A stretch of 64,000 nucleotides of DNA, taken from NCBI GenBank assembly GCA_963745035.1, contig CAVUVW010000015.1:224001-288000 (forward strand), in the 5' to 3' direction. Shown here one piece after another: positions 1-8,920 of this stretch. Each line of letters begins with the position of its first letter. Position 1 is the stretch's first letter. The notes below the pieces were generated by a model. It was not told the origin of the DNA. It ran no database searches and saw nothing but the letters and a program-made list of their open reading frames with translations. The stretch comes from an uncultured delta proteobacterium. GTDB lineage: Bacteria; Desulfobacterota; Binatia; UBA9968. The position numbers and the translations under genes were made by a program.

Positions 1-578
1 ACGCGTGGAGCGTCTTGCCGGGATTCAACTGGAGCATCTTCGCCGCGGCCGCACCCGCGGCGAAGGTGCCGGAAGTTGCGCTGGGATGAAATCCGCGGCG
101 CAGTTGAGAGGCGCCTCCCGTCATCGCCACCCGGCAGCCGACTTCATAACCGGCGACTAGCGCCGTGAGAAATCGTCTTGCCGTCGACGCCGCGGGCCGA
201 GCGGACAAGCGCATCCGCGGCAGGAATCGCTTCCGCGCCGGGGTGGATAACGCCGACGCGATGGAGGTCATCCATCTCGAAACTATGAATCAAGGTGCCG
301 TTGGCCAAAGGCGCGCTGGTACTCGGCACTTCCGCGCCATCGCCCCAGATGAGCGCCCCCTTCCCTTTGCCCAATTCCTTGGTGAATGAGGTGATAATCT
401 TTCCCCACGATAAGGTCGAGCCGAAAAGCGCGCAGCCGAGGGAATCGATGAGGCAGAGCTTGATGTGCGACAGCACCTCCAGAGGAATGCTTTTGTAAGA
501 GAGTTGGGAGATGTACTCGGCGAGAACTTGGGTCGGCGAGCTCGTTGCGGCGAATTCCTTTGGTTGTGCTTTCACCAT
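1..578 (-). CDS. MmgE/PrpD family protein (3' end runs off the window; apparent +1 frameshift near 175)
   Basis: Motifs LCLIDSLGCALFG, ANGTLIHSFEMDDLH and HPGAE are present. After one extra base the frame continues FLTALVAGYEVGCRV...RGFHPSATSGTFAA, typical of the PrpD family. Confidence 0.85.
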
Positions 579-721
579 AAACGCTCCTTGACGCAGGTAA
601 AGTTCTATGACTTTGATCGGCCCGTACGAGGCGAGCTTTCACCGGGTAACGGCAGCTTGGTAGGTCCAGCTTTCCTACGATAGAGACGTGGTTGTCAAGG
701 CGTCGAGGCAAGGGAGGATCT

Positions 722-1798
722 ATGAGAACAAATCGCTTACTCTTTTTGATTTTCGTCGCTGCGGTCACGGCTCACATTCTTCCATCTTACGTTTTTGGTC
801 AAAGCTCGGCTGCGCCGCTCAAAACATTTGACGGCCTCAAAGGCAAGGAGCGGGAACAGAAGCTCAACGACGGCGCGAAAAAAGAAGGCCGGGTCGTCGT
901 CTACAGTTTTACCGCGGTCGATCAGCTTAAGCCGTTGCTCGATGAGTTTCACAAGCGCTATCCGTTCATCCAACCGGAACACTACCGCGCCAATGCCACC
1001 GGAGTATTCAACAAGTTCGCCACCGAAGCGCGCGCCGGGCAAACGCTCGCCGATGTCATCGACATCTCGGCTGGCGAGACGCACACGCTGATGCAGATGG
1101 GTCTCATCGATTCTTATCTTTCGCCCAGCCGCGAAGGCATTCCCAAAGATTTCATGGACGAAAAAGGCTTGTGGACCGCGCATTACCATTTCGTTCTCGC
1201 TCTCGGTTTCAATACGCAGCACATCAAGCCCGCGGAGGCGCCCAAGAGTTACGAAGATTTGCTCAATTCAAAGTGGAAAGGGCGTTTTTCTCTCGACCCG
1301 GCGGACCAGGATCTGTTCGGCGCGCTCTTGTTCCATTGGGGAAAGGACAAGGCGCTCAGCTATTTTAGAAATCTCGCCAAGCTCGATCCGCGCATGGTTT
1401 CGGGACACACTCAACAAGCCAATCTCGTCGGCGCCGGTGAGATTCAGATGGCCCCTTGGCTCTACGGCTACCGGCCGCTGCAGTTGAAAGACGAAGGGGC
1501 GCCGGTCGAGACGCTGCTTTTCGACCCGGTTCTGTCCAATCCGGCGTATCTCTTGCTGACCAAGAACGCGGCGCACCCGCACGCCGCCGCGCTGTTCATC
1601 GATTGGGCGTTAGCCGCAGATGGCGGTATGAAATTCTTCGGCGAGAAGTTCGGCCGGACGCCGACGCGGACGGGGCTGAAAGAGCGGTTTCCCCAACTGC
1701 GCGTCGATAAATATCTCGTGGTGAAACCCGAGATCGTCGGACCGAACTTCAAAGACTTCACCAGGCTCTACAACGAGATCTTTGGCATCGGCAAGTGA
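722..1798 (+). CDS. ABC transporter extracellular solute-binding protein (AfuA/iron-thiamine-like class)
   Basis: Signal peptide, then GAKKEGRVVVYS, APKSYEDLLNSKWKG and AAHPHAAALFIDWAL; GGGAGG RBS before ATG 722. Confidence 0.85.
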   Translation: MRTNRLLFLIFVAAVTAHILPSYVFGQSSAAPLKTFDGLKGKEREQKLNDGAKKEGRVVVYSFTAVDQLKPLLDEFHKRYPFIQPEHYRANATGVFNKFATEARAGQTLADVIDISAGETHTLMQMGLIDSYLSPSREGIPKDFMDEKGLWTAHYHFVLALGFNTQHIKPAEAPKSYEDLLNSKWKGRFSLDPADQDLFGALLFHWGKDKALSYFRNLAKLDPRMVSGHTQQANLVGAGEIQMAPWLYGYRPLQLKDEGAPVETLLFDPVLSNPAYLLLTKNAAHPHAAALFIDWALAADGGMKFFGEKFGRTPTRTGLKERFPQLRVDKYLVVKPEIVGPNFKDFTRLYNEIFGIGK

Positions 1799-1844
1799 CG
1801 GCCCGCGAGGCTGGTCGTCGATCGCGAGAAGGGAGACTCATTCC

Positions 1845-2873
1845 ATGAAGAAATTCGTTGTCGCGTTCACGTTTTTCTTTCTAGGGCTCTCCAACCTTCA
1901 AGCTCAGGCTCCCTTCTACGCGGGAAAGACGGTGAGGATCGTCGTCGGCCTTCCCGCCGGCGACGTGTACGATATCTACGCGCGCATTCTCGCCGAACAC
2001 ATGGGAAAGCATATCCCGGGAAATCCCGGGATCATCGTGCAAAACATGCCCGGCGCGTCGACCATGACCGCGGCCAATTATGTTTATAATGTGGCCAAGC
2101 CCGACGGCCTGACCTTCGCGGTCTTCCTGCCCGCGCTCTATTTCGATCAGTTGGTCGGCAGAAAGGAAGTTCAATTCGACTGGGGCAAATTTACTTGGCT
2201 GGGGAGCTTCGAGAAATCGTATAACCTCCTCTACATGCGCGCCGACGCTCCCTACAAAACCATCCATGACGTGACCAAGGCCTCGGACCCGCCGAAGTGC
2301 GGCTCCACCGGGACCGGCGGTCTGGCGCATGCCTTCATGCTGCTCTTGAATGAATCGATCGGCACCAAGTTCAACATCGTCACCGGCTATCAAGGCGGAC
2401 AAGAGATCGATCTCGCGGTGGAACGCGGCGAGGTGCACTGCCGCGCTTTCACCGTGACGAGCTTCTTTGCCCGCGAGCCGTTCCATACCTGGCGCAAGAA
2501 AGGTTTCGTGCGCGTCCTGGTGCAGACTGGCAAGAAGCGCGATTCGAGAATGGCCGACGTGCCGACCGTTTACGAACTCATGGATGAATACAAGACGCCG
2601 CAAGCGACGCGCCGTTTGGCAACTCTGGTGCTGGCTGCCGGAGAATTCGGTCGTCCCGTCGTCGCCACTCCGGGAGTCCCGCCGGACCGGGTCAAGCTCC
2701 TGCGCGAGGCCTTCTCGAAGACTCTCGGCGATCCAGATGTGTCGGCCGACGTGAAAAAGAAGAAACTGGAACTGGATCCGACCGGCGGCGAGGAGTTGGA
2801 GACTCTGGCAAAGGAAGTTATTACCGCCGATCGCGAGACCATCGACCGAATGAAAAACCTGCTCGTGAAGTGA
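1845..2873 (+). CDS. Bug/TctC family tripartite tricarboxylate transporter substrate-binding protein
   Basis: FYAGKTVRIVVG, VQNMPGA, AKPDGLT, GYQGG and LAVERGEV motifs; signal peptide. Confidence 0.9.
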   Translation: MKKFVVAFTFFFLGLSNLQAQAPFYAGKTVRIVVGLPAGDVYDIYARILAEHMGKHIPGNPGIIVQNMPGASTMTAANYVYNVAKPDGLTFAVFLPALYFDQLVGRKEVQFDWGKFTWLGSFEKSYNLLYMRADAPYKTIHDVTKASDPPKCGSTGTGGLAHAFMLLLNESIGTKFNIVTGYQGGQEIDLAVERGEVHCRAFTVTSFFAREPFHTWRKKGFVRVLVQTGKKRDSRMADVPTVYELMDEYKTPQATRRLATLVLAAGEFGRPVVATPGVPPDRVKLLREAFSKTLGDPDVSADVKKKKLELDPTGGEELETLAKEVITADRETIDRMKNLLVK

Positions 2874-3123
2874 CGGCAACGGTCGCTGAACGGGCTGAGC
2901 ATGCATCAGAGTCCATTGCATCAGCAGTGCTTTCAATTATAAAAAGAGACTTAATCTGCTCCCTTATCGATGACGCAGCAAATTGAATCGCTCAGACGGC
3001 GACCTGGAAGCGGAGCCATTAGAGGTCGTTAGCCACCCCTTGCGATTCTTTGAATTGTCGTCTTTCTGACACTTACAACGGTCTCTTGCGCTGAAAGTTG
3101 TTAATGATATGGTGCGCGCCGCT

Positions 3124-3376
3124 ATGAAGATCATCGTCGAAGTAGAGTTTGAGAAGATACTACCGATTTCTGGGCAGATGCGACCCTACCAGCTCGGAGT
3201 ATAAGCTTCTGAAGAGCGGCATCGAGACGAGCGACTCTAGAGATCCGACCTGGCGCTTGGTAATAGTGCTGTGTGCATCTGATCAAGCCAAGAAGTTACT
3301 CGAACTGGCACAGATAATTTGCCCGGACGCCGTCCACGATATTAAAACGTCCATTGATCTGGCGCGTACGCCCTAA
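3124..3376 (+). CDS. Small hypothetical protein (probable +1 frameshift in the TTT at about 3148-3150)
   Basis: ATG 3124 gives MKIIVEVE; removing one T joins it to the ORF LRRYYRFLGRCDPTSSEYKLLKSG...ICPDAVHDI. Confidence 0.5.
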
Positions 3377-3395
3377 CGATTACACTGGCTGCCTT

Positions 3396-3536
3396 ATGTC
3401 CTTGGCTGTAGGAATTTTAATTGCCGGCATGCTCGTCATGATCTATAGCCTTGTCCGCGGCAGCGTTTCCGTTGTCGGATTGGCCCTCTTGGTTATTGGC
3501 ATTGTGGCAGAGTTGATAGTCTTGTTGCTGGGATGA
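3396..3536 (+). CDS. Small two-helix membrane protein, hypothetical
   Basis: 46 aa, almost entirely hydrophobic (MSLAVGILIAGMLVMIYSLVRGSVSVVGLALLVIGIVAELIVLLLG). Confidence 0.4.
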   Translation: MSLAVGILIAGMLVMIYSLVRGSVSVVGLALLVIGIVAELIVLLLG

Positions 3537-3703
3537 CGGCTGTCGCTCATGCCTCACTGCCCAATGCCTTACCAGCGGGCTCCATTAGAGCGAGCATCAG
3601 GGTCACCCTTACTTCGTAGTGCTTCAAGACCGCATCCATTTGCTGCTTCAGCTATAAAGTAAAGGACTGACCCCGCGCCGCCTCCGACGAGCGCGTCGAG
3701 CTC

Positions 3704-4423
3704 TCAGTGCGCCAGCAGCCGGCCGGTCCAGCTCACCGCCAGCCCAAACATCAAAAACACCAAGGTCAGGGGATTGCGCTCTTCGATCCGGTGCACTTGC
3801 GGCAGGATATCGGCCGTGGCGATGGCTAGGAATGTGCCGGCGGAGATGCCGATCGCGACGGCAACGTTTTCCGGCGAGAGCGCGCGCAAGAACACATACG
3901 CCAGCAGGGCGCCGGCTGGAGTGGTAAGCGAAAACAATACGCTGAGAAGCGCGACCTTTTTACGCTCCCAGCCGGCGGACAGCAAAATCGACGTGATCGA
4001 GATGCCGTCAGGCATCTTGTGAATGATGACGGCGAGCAGCACTACGGCTCCGAGCTGCGGCAGCATAAGCCCGGCGCCAAGCGCGAGACCGTCGAGCAAG
4101 CTGTGAAACGAGATTCCCAAAAAAGCCGGAATGCCCATTTGATGAAGGTCGCAGTCCCGCTCCTCGCAGGCGTGCACGAAGACGAAACGCTCCATCGCGA
4201 AAATCAGTAGAAAACCGGCCAGGATCGGCCAACCGACGCTCTCGCCGATCACGCTGCCGACTTCGGGCAGCATATGAAAAAACACCGCGCCGAGAAGAAC
4301 TCCCGCGCTGAAGCTGAGCAAGAGCGCGAGCGCGCGCTGGGAGAGCTCGCGCACGAGAGGGAGAAAGCTGCCGACAAGAGAGATGAATATAACGGTGGGT
4401 AGATACAATCCTAGCGACGCCAT
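3704..4423 (-). CDS. ZIP family metal (Zn/Fe) transporter
   Basis: Multiple TM helices; FSAGVLLG, HSLLDG and HKMPDG metal motifs; His/Cys loop HACEERDCDLH. Confidence 0.9.
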   Translation of the reverse strand: MASLGLYLPTVIFISLVGSFLPLVRELSQRALALLLSFSAGVLLGAVFFHMLPEVGSVIGESVGWPILAGFLLIFAMERFVFVHACEERDCDLHQMGIPAFLGISFHSLLDGLALGAGLMLPQLGAVVLLAVIIHKMPDGISITSILLSAGWERKKVALLSVLFSLTTPAGALLAYVFLRALSPENVAVAIGISAGTFLAIATADILPQVHRIEERNPLTLVFLMFGLAVSWTGRLLAH

Positions 4424-4602
4424 GGTTTTTCACCGACGCGTGAAGCTAACATAGGGTCTTCGGGCTGGCAAACAAACGGAGGCGGCGAGGTCTAGAGCTC
4501 GCTATCGCTCTGACATGGCAGCCGCACGACGCGTGCGCCATTTTTTTCCGCGATGGAAGTTCCTGCCGTGATCGAAGGTTCGAGGCGGCGAATCGGCAGC
4601 GG

Positions 4603-5596
4603 CTATCCGGTGAACACTTTGAGCTTTTTGAAATCGTCGATGACCTGGAAATCCTGCTTCATTTTGTCGATGGATTCCCCGATCTGAACGATTTTCTCTC
4701 GCGCCAGATTTCCCAGAAACTCTCCGGCGGTGGCCAGATAATCGATTTTGTGCGGCTCGAGGGTCATCAACCTCGCCGCGGTGGCATCCACGGCGACCAG
4801 GTCGTCGCCGAAGACCAGCACGCCGCTGGCCTTGGCTTGTCCCTGAAGCGGCCCATTGCCCTCCATGCCGACGATGCCGTCGACGATGGCGAACTGCGGC
4901 AGCGGCAGCGAGCTGTTGATGTCGAGAATACTGTTGCCGATGCCCTGCCAGTGAAGAATGTTTTTCGGCCAGCCGTAGACCACGCCGGGCACGACGCCGA
5001 ACATATTCTTGAGCGACAAGGTGGCACCGACCCAGTGATGGGTCTTGAGCTTCGGCAGCGAGACCAGCAGATCGGCATTGTACAACGTCTCGGGCAAATA
5101 CAAGTGCTTCAGGTCGGTAAAGCTGCTGCGCAGCGGCGTGACGCGCACGTCGTCGGAGTTGAGATCGACGTAGCGCACCCGATGGTCTTTCACGACCTCG
5201 TACAATCCCGACGCCGAGAGCAGATATTCGTTATCGCGGCGGTGTCCAGGGCCTTCGCCGACCACTACCTGCGCCGCGCCCAGGCTGCGCAACGAATCGA
5301 TGGCCGCTTCGATCACCGCCGGGTGAGTATTGATCACGCCCTTGGGATCGAATTCGACCAAATTGGGTTTGAGCAGGATTCTTTTTCCCTTGACGTTCAC
5401 GCCGCAAAGCTTGATGCCCCGGACGATGATATCTTTGAGCGGCTCGTCATAACGGCTTGCCGGCAAAATCGCCACTCGCGAATTGTCCTTGCGCCGAAAT
5501 GCGTCGCGCTGCCAGCGCGACCGGCTGCCCGCAGCCCGCGCTCGCCCCGGCGAGCGCGCCCAAAGCCGAGTATTTCAGAAATTCACGGCGCAGCAT
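4603..5596 (-). CDS. DUF362 domain protein with Tat-like/lipoprotein signal (+1 frameshift near 5520)
   Basis: LLKPNLV, THPAV, LPKLKTH, TLSLKNMFG, DGIVGMEGNGP and DLVAVDA motifs. The N-terminus MLRREFLKYSALGALAGASAGC lies in an adjacent frame. Confidence 0.85.
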
Positions 5597-5598
5597 GC

Positions 5599-6501
5599 TT
5601 ACACCCGAAACGGATTGGACTTGCCGGCCAGCGCGATCAGCCCGAGCGCAAGGGTTTTCGTTTCGCCGAGAAAGCCGGTTTCACGAAAGCTGTTTTCTAC
5701 GCGCTTTTGCCAATCGCCGATCGCCTGGCCGTAAAGGCCGAGGCAAATCGCGGTCCAGGAGCAAGCCAAGCCCGAATTGGTTTCCTTAGCGATTTTCTTA
5801 AGCGTCTCCAAACTCTGTCGATTGGCCGTCTCGCCGGCGCGATCTTGCAGGGCGATCAACGCCACGGCGGTAATGTCGGGATAGGGCCAGAGCGCATAGT
5901 CCAGGACTTTCGAATTGCCGTAATTCCAGCCGCCGCCGTTGCACATGCGGTCGTAGATCAGCGCCTCGCCTTCTTGGATTCTCTGGTGTGCATTGTTCTC
6001 CGCGAGCGAGGCCTTTACTTTTTTGAGCGCGAGGATCGCATAACTCGTCGGCTCGACCCAGCTAAATGAATTCGGCACCCAGGACCAGCCGACGAGATCG
6101 TTGTTCAACCGATTGATGTTGCTCTTGCCGGTTGCCCACAGGATCAGTTTCGCCAGAATGCCGGGCTTGCTGCCCTCTTGCGCCACAAGCCAGCGCGCCG
6201 CGCGCGACACGCGCTCTCCGTGCTCGGGAAAAGCGCTGAGCGCGATGATCGCCAAAGCGGTCGTCCAGGAGCCCGCGGTAGCGACATCGTTCAGGCGCCA
6301 ACCGCCGTCGGGATTTTGCCGCTCGGCCAACCAGAGCGCGGCCCGGAGAACCCGATCGCTGGCCGCACTTTCACCCACGGCGTGGAGCGCGCTCAGCGCC
6401 AGCGAAGTCGCCTCGGTATTGCTGCGCCGCCCCTCGGCGGCGCCCCAACCGCCGTCGCGATTCTGCAGGCCGATGAGGGTGTTTCGAACTTGGTCAATCA
6501 T
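5599..6501 (-). CDS. Prenyltransferase/squalene oxidase repeat (alpha-alpha toroid) protein
   Basis: QW-like repeats LQNRDGGWG, RQNPDGGW and GGGWNYGN. Confidence 0.8.
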   Translation of the reverse strand: MIDQVRNTLIGLQNRDGGWGAAEGRRSNTEATSLALSALHAVGESAASDRVLRAALWLAERQNPDGGWRLNDVATAGSWTTALAIIALSAFPEHGERVSRAARWLVAQEGSKPGILAKLILWATGKSNINRLNNDLVGWSWVPNSFSWVEPTSYAILALKKVKASLAENNAHQRIQEGEALIYDRMCNGGGWNYGNSKVLDYALWPYPDITAVALIALQDRAGETANRQSLETLKKIAKETNSGLACSWTAICLGLYGQAIGDWQKRVENSFRETGFLGETKTLALGLIALAGKSNPFRV

Positions 6502-6609
6502 GGCGTCTCGCCTACATATTTATGTTAAGGCATCCAGGCAAGGAGACGCCACTTCATAATCGGCGGGTCAATTCCCCGCGGCTTGTCTGGCATGGGTGAA
6601 TTCTGCGCC

Positions 6610-6642
6610 GTCATTCGCCACATGCTTTTGGCGGGAATCCAG
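6610..6642. repeat. Degenerate GTCATTC-class REP-like palindrome
   Basis: GTCATTCGCCACATGCTTTTGGCGGGAATCCAG resembles the elements at 12742 and 32221. Confidence 0.5.
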
Positions 6643-6673
6643 CCAAGGAGGTCGCGGGCATAGGCGCGCCAGC

Positions 6674-7420
6674 CTATAGAAAATGCAACCGGGCTTCGGC
6701 GCTTTGCAGTTTTCGCTCCGCTTCGCGAATGCGCGCGGGTGTGCCGAGATCCTGCCAGAAGCCGTCGAATGGAAAACCGTAAAGGCGCTCGCCGCCGGCG
6801 AGCATGCGCGGGTAGGTGTCTCTCGTGGTGCTGAACTTCCGCCCGGCGGCATGTTCGCGCATGTGATCGAAGATTCGCGGCTCGAGAATCTGCACGCCGC
6901 TAAACATCAGCTTACGTACCTCGCCGGCTGGCTCGACCGGCGCCTTGCTGTCGAGAAAGCGAATGATTCGGCCGCTTGTGTCGATGTCCATGGAGCCGAA
7001 TTCATCGGCGCGTGGATCGGCGCGCAGCACCAGGGTCGCAACCGCGCCCGTCTGCGCGTGGAAGTCGATCAGCGCCGCCAAATTCAAGTCGATCAGCGCG
7101 TCGGTGTTGATGACGATGAAGCTGCCGTCACGCAGGAAGGCTTTGGCCTTGAGCAGGCCGCCGCCGGTGTCGAGCAACTCGGGCTCTTTCGAGTAGCGGA
7201 TGCTCAAGCCGAGCCCCTGGCCGTCGCCCAGGCGACTTTCGATCTGTTCGCCGAAATGGTGCAGATTGATGACGATGTCGCGGATACCGTGGTGGCGCAG
7301 CAACAAAAGCGCGTATTCGATCATCGGCCGGCCGGCGACCGGCACCAGCGCTTTCGGCATGCGATCGGTCACCGGGCGGAGGCGCGTGCCCTGGCCTGCC
7401 GCCAGCACCATGGCTTTCAC
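6674..7420 (-). CDS. Nucleotidyltransferase, MurU-like (N-acetylmuramate-1-phosphate uridylyltransferase family)
   Basis: AMVLAAGQGTRLRPVT..PKALV, LLDTGGGL and WQDLGTP motifs; 4-nt overlap with the upstream AmgK-like kinase. Confidence 0.85.
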   Translation of the reverse strand: MKAMVLAAGQGTRLRPVTDRMPKALVPVAGRPMIEYALLLLRHHGIRDIVINLHHFGEQIESRLGDGQGLGLSIRYSKEPELLDTGGGLLKAKAFLRDGSFIVINTDALIDLNLAALIDFHAQTGAVATLVLRADPRADEFGSMDIDTSGRIIRFLDSKAPVEPAGEVRKLMFSGVQILEPRIFDHMREHAAGRKFSTTRDTYPRMLAGGERLYGFPFDGFWQDLGTPARIREAERKLQSAEARLHFL

Positions 7421-8493
7421 TGCATCGCCTCGAAATGCTCGCCGAGAAGCGGCAGGAGCTTGCGGGTTTGCGGCGTTTTGTCGAAGTTGCGCAGCAGCCG
7501 CCGCGCGGTGGGCGCGATAAACTTCCGGTAGCCGGGCTTGCCCTTTACCAGATCGAGATAGTAAAAGCGCCCGATGACTTTCAAATCCCGTTGGATCGCC
7601 GACAACCGGTAGATTTCGAAAAATTCTTCGATGCCGCTCCCCCGACCGCCCGCCGAGCCGCTGCCGTCGATATAATAGTGGACCAAGCGCTCTTCCAGCT
7701 CCGGGCGAATCACGCTGTCGGTCACGCGGTCGTTCAAGAGCGAGGCGAGATCGTACTGCGGCGGGGCGAGCAGCGCGTCTTGAAAGTCGATCACCCGCAC
7801 CGCGTTCTCGTGGATCATCAGATTCCAGCTATGGTAATCGCGATGGCTCAAGCAGGCGGGTTGGCGCTCCAAGATGCCGGCGATTGCGGCAAACTCGCCG
7901 CGCAGCGTTCGGATCGTTGCCGTCTTGACTCGGGCGCCGGGACGCTTTTCCAGGCCCCACTCGATAAAATGGTCGAGCTCCCAGAGATAGAGCTTCGAGT
8001 CGAAACGCTGCTGAAAAGCGATGCACGAGTCGTCGCGATTTTGCACGCCGCGGGTGTGGACGACCAGCAGCTCATCGATGGCCTTTCGGTACCACGCCAG
8101 GACTTCGTCGTCGGTCCGCCCCTGCACTCGGTCCCACAGCGCGGTGTCGCCCAGGTCTTCGAGCAAAAGAATCCCATCCTTTTCCCAATGGCCGTAGATT
8201 GCCGGCACTTTAACGCCGATCTTGTCGAGAAAGCGGTGAACGTTCACGAACGGCAGCTCGCGCGGCCCTTCCTTGAAGATCGCCAGTTCTTCGCTGGAGA
8301 GCGGCAAGCCGCTGTCGCCCGGGAGCTCCATCACGATCACCGACGCCGGCGCAGCCGGCCCGCACAGCCAAGCCCGGTAGTAGCGCCGGCTCGAAGCGTC
8401 GCCCGTCAACGAAGCGAGGGATTCCACTTCGGCGCCGGCGCCGAATACCGCGTGGACTTTGTCGCCAAGGAGCTGCTTGAACGGTTCGGTCAA
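7417..8493 (-). CDS. APH-like phosphotransferase, AmgK-like anomeric MurNAc/GlcNAc kinase
   Basis: GDASSRRYYR, LLEDLGD, HRDYHSWNLM, IDFQDA, YDLASLL and QRDLKVIG motifs. Confidence 0.85.
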   Translation of the reverse strand: MTEPFKQLLGDKVHAVFGAGAEVESLASLTGDASSRRYYRAWLCGPAAPASVIVMELPGDSGLPLSSEELAIFKEGPRELPFVNVHRFLDKIGVKVPAIYGHWEKDGILLLEDLGDTALWDRVQGRTDDEVLAWYRKAIDELLVVHTRGVQNRDDSCIAFQQRFDSKLYLWELDHFIEWGLEKRPGARVKTATIRTLRGEFAAIAGILERQPACLSHRDYHSWNLMIHENAVRVIDFQDALLAPPQYDLASLLNDRVTDSVIRPELEERLVHYYIDGSGSAGGRGSGIEEFFEIYRLSAIQRDLKVIGRFYYLDLVKGKPGYRKFIAPTARRLLRNFDKTPQTRKLLPLLGEHFEAMQ

Positions 8494-8545
8494 CTTGGGT
8501 TCTTGTCCTGTTCCGGCGTGACTAGCTTGGGAGGATGATTTCTTT

Positions 8546-8561
8546 GCCGGCGACCGCCGGC
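8546..8561 (-). promoter_or_regulatory. SECIS-like hairpin for the C-terminal UGA (8574-8576)
   Basis: The minus strand reads GCCGGC-GGUC-GCCGGC, starting 12 nt after the UGA, with a G/GU-containing apical loop about 18-20 nt from it. Confidence 0.65.
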
Positions 8562-8564
8562 GCG

Positions 8565-8789
8565 CTACACTTCTCAGGAGCCGCCGAAGCCGACGGTCAC
8601 TTTGCCGTCCTCGATGATCACCGGCACCTGGCGCCGGCCATTGGCATGCTTCAGCATTTCCGCCAGCGCATCATCGTCTTCGAGCACGTTGCGGTATTCG
8701 AAGCGAATCTTCCGTCGCGTGAAAGCCTCCCGGGCCGCGGCGGTATACGGTCAAAGGTCTTTGCCAAAAATTACGACGGCGTCGCTCAT
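8565..8789 (-). CDS. Glutaredoxin-like double selenoprotein (UXX-star type), 74 aa with Sec at codons 13 and 72
   Basis: Reads MSDAVVIFGKDL-U-PYTAAAREAFTRRKIRFEYRNVLEDDDALAEMLKHANGRRQVPVIIEDGKVTVGFGGS-U-EV-stop(TAG). It has a UPYT active site and the glutaredoxin-like QVPVI and GFGG motifs, with a hairpin after each TGA. Confidence 0.88.
8712..8750 (-). promoter_or_regulatory. SECIS-like hairpin for the first UGA (8751-8753)
   Basis: Minus strand CCGU...CGC...GGCC-CGGGA-GGCU...GCG-ACGG directly after the UGA; the G-rich loop begins 18 nt downstream. Confidence 0.55.
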
Positions 8790-8920
8790 TTCATTTTGCA
8801 TTGCGGCAGGCAAACGTTGCTCGTCAAAAATAGGCGCGCGGCGATTAAATTGCAAGTGAACCGAGCCCTATGTTAAGTTCGTATAATTTCCTTCCTTCGC
8901 TTGGAAGACGGAGTCAATCT

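Noticed and set aside
2880-2892. CGGTCGCTGAACG shared with about 16858-16870
   Set aside because: A single 13-nt match without further context is compatible with chance.
5599-6501. Squalene-hopene cyclase
   Set aside because: Only 300 aa and no DXDD motif.
8535-8876. Plus-strand 113-aa ORF over the selenoprotein locus
   Set aside because: It is the antisense shadow of the minus-strand glutaredoxin-like gene.
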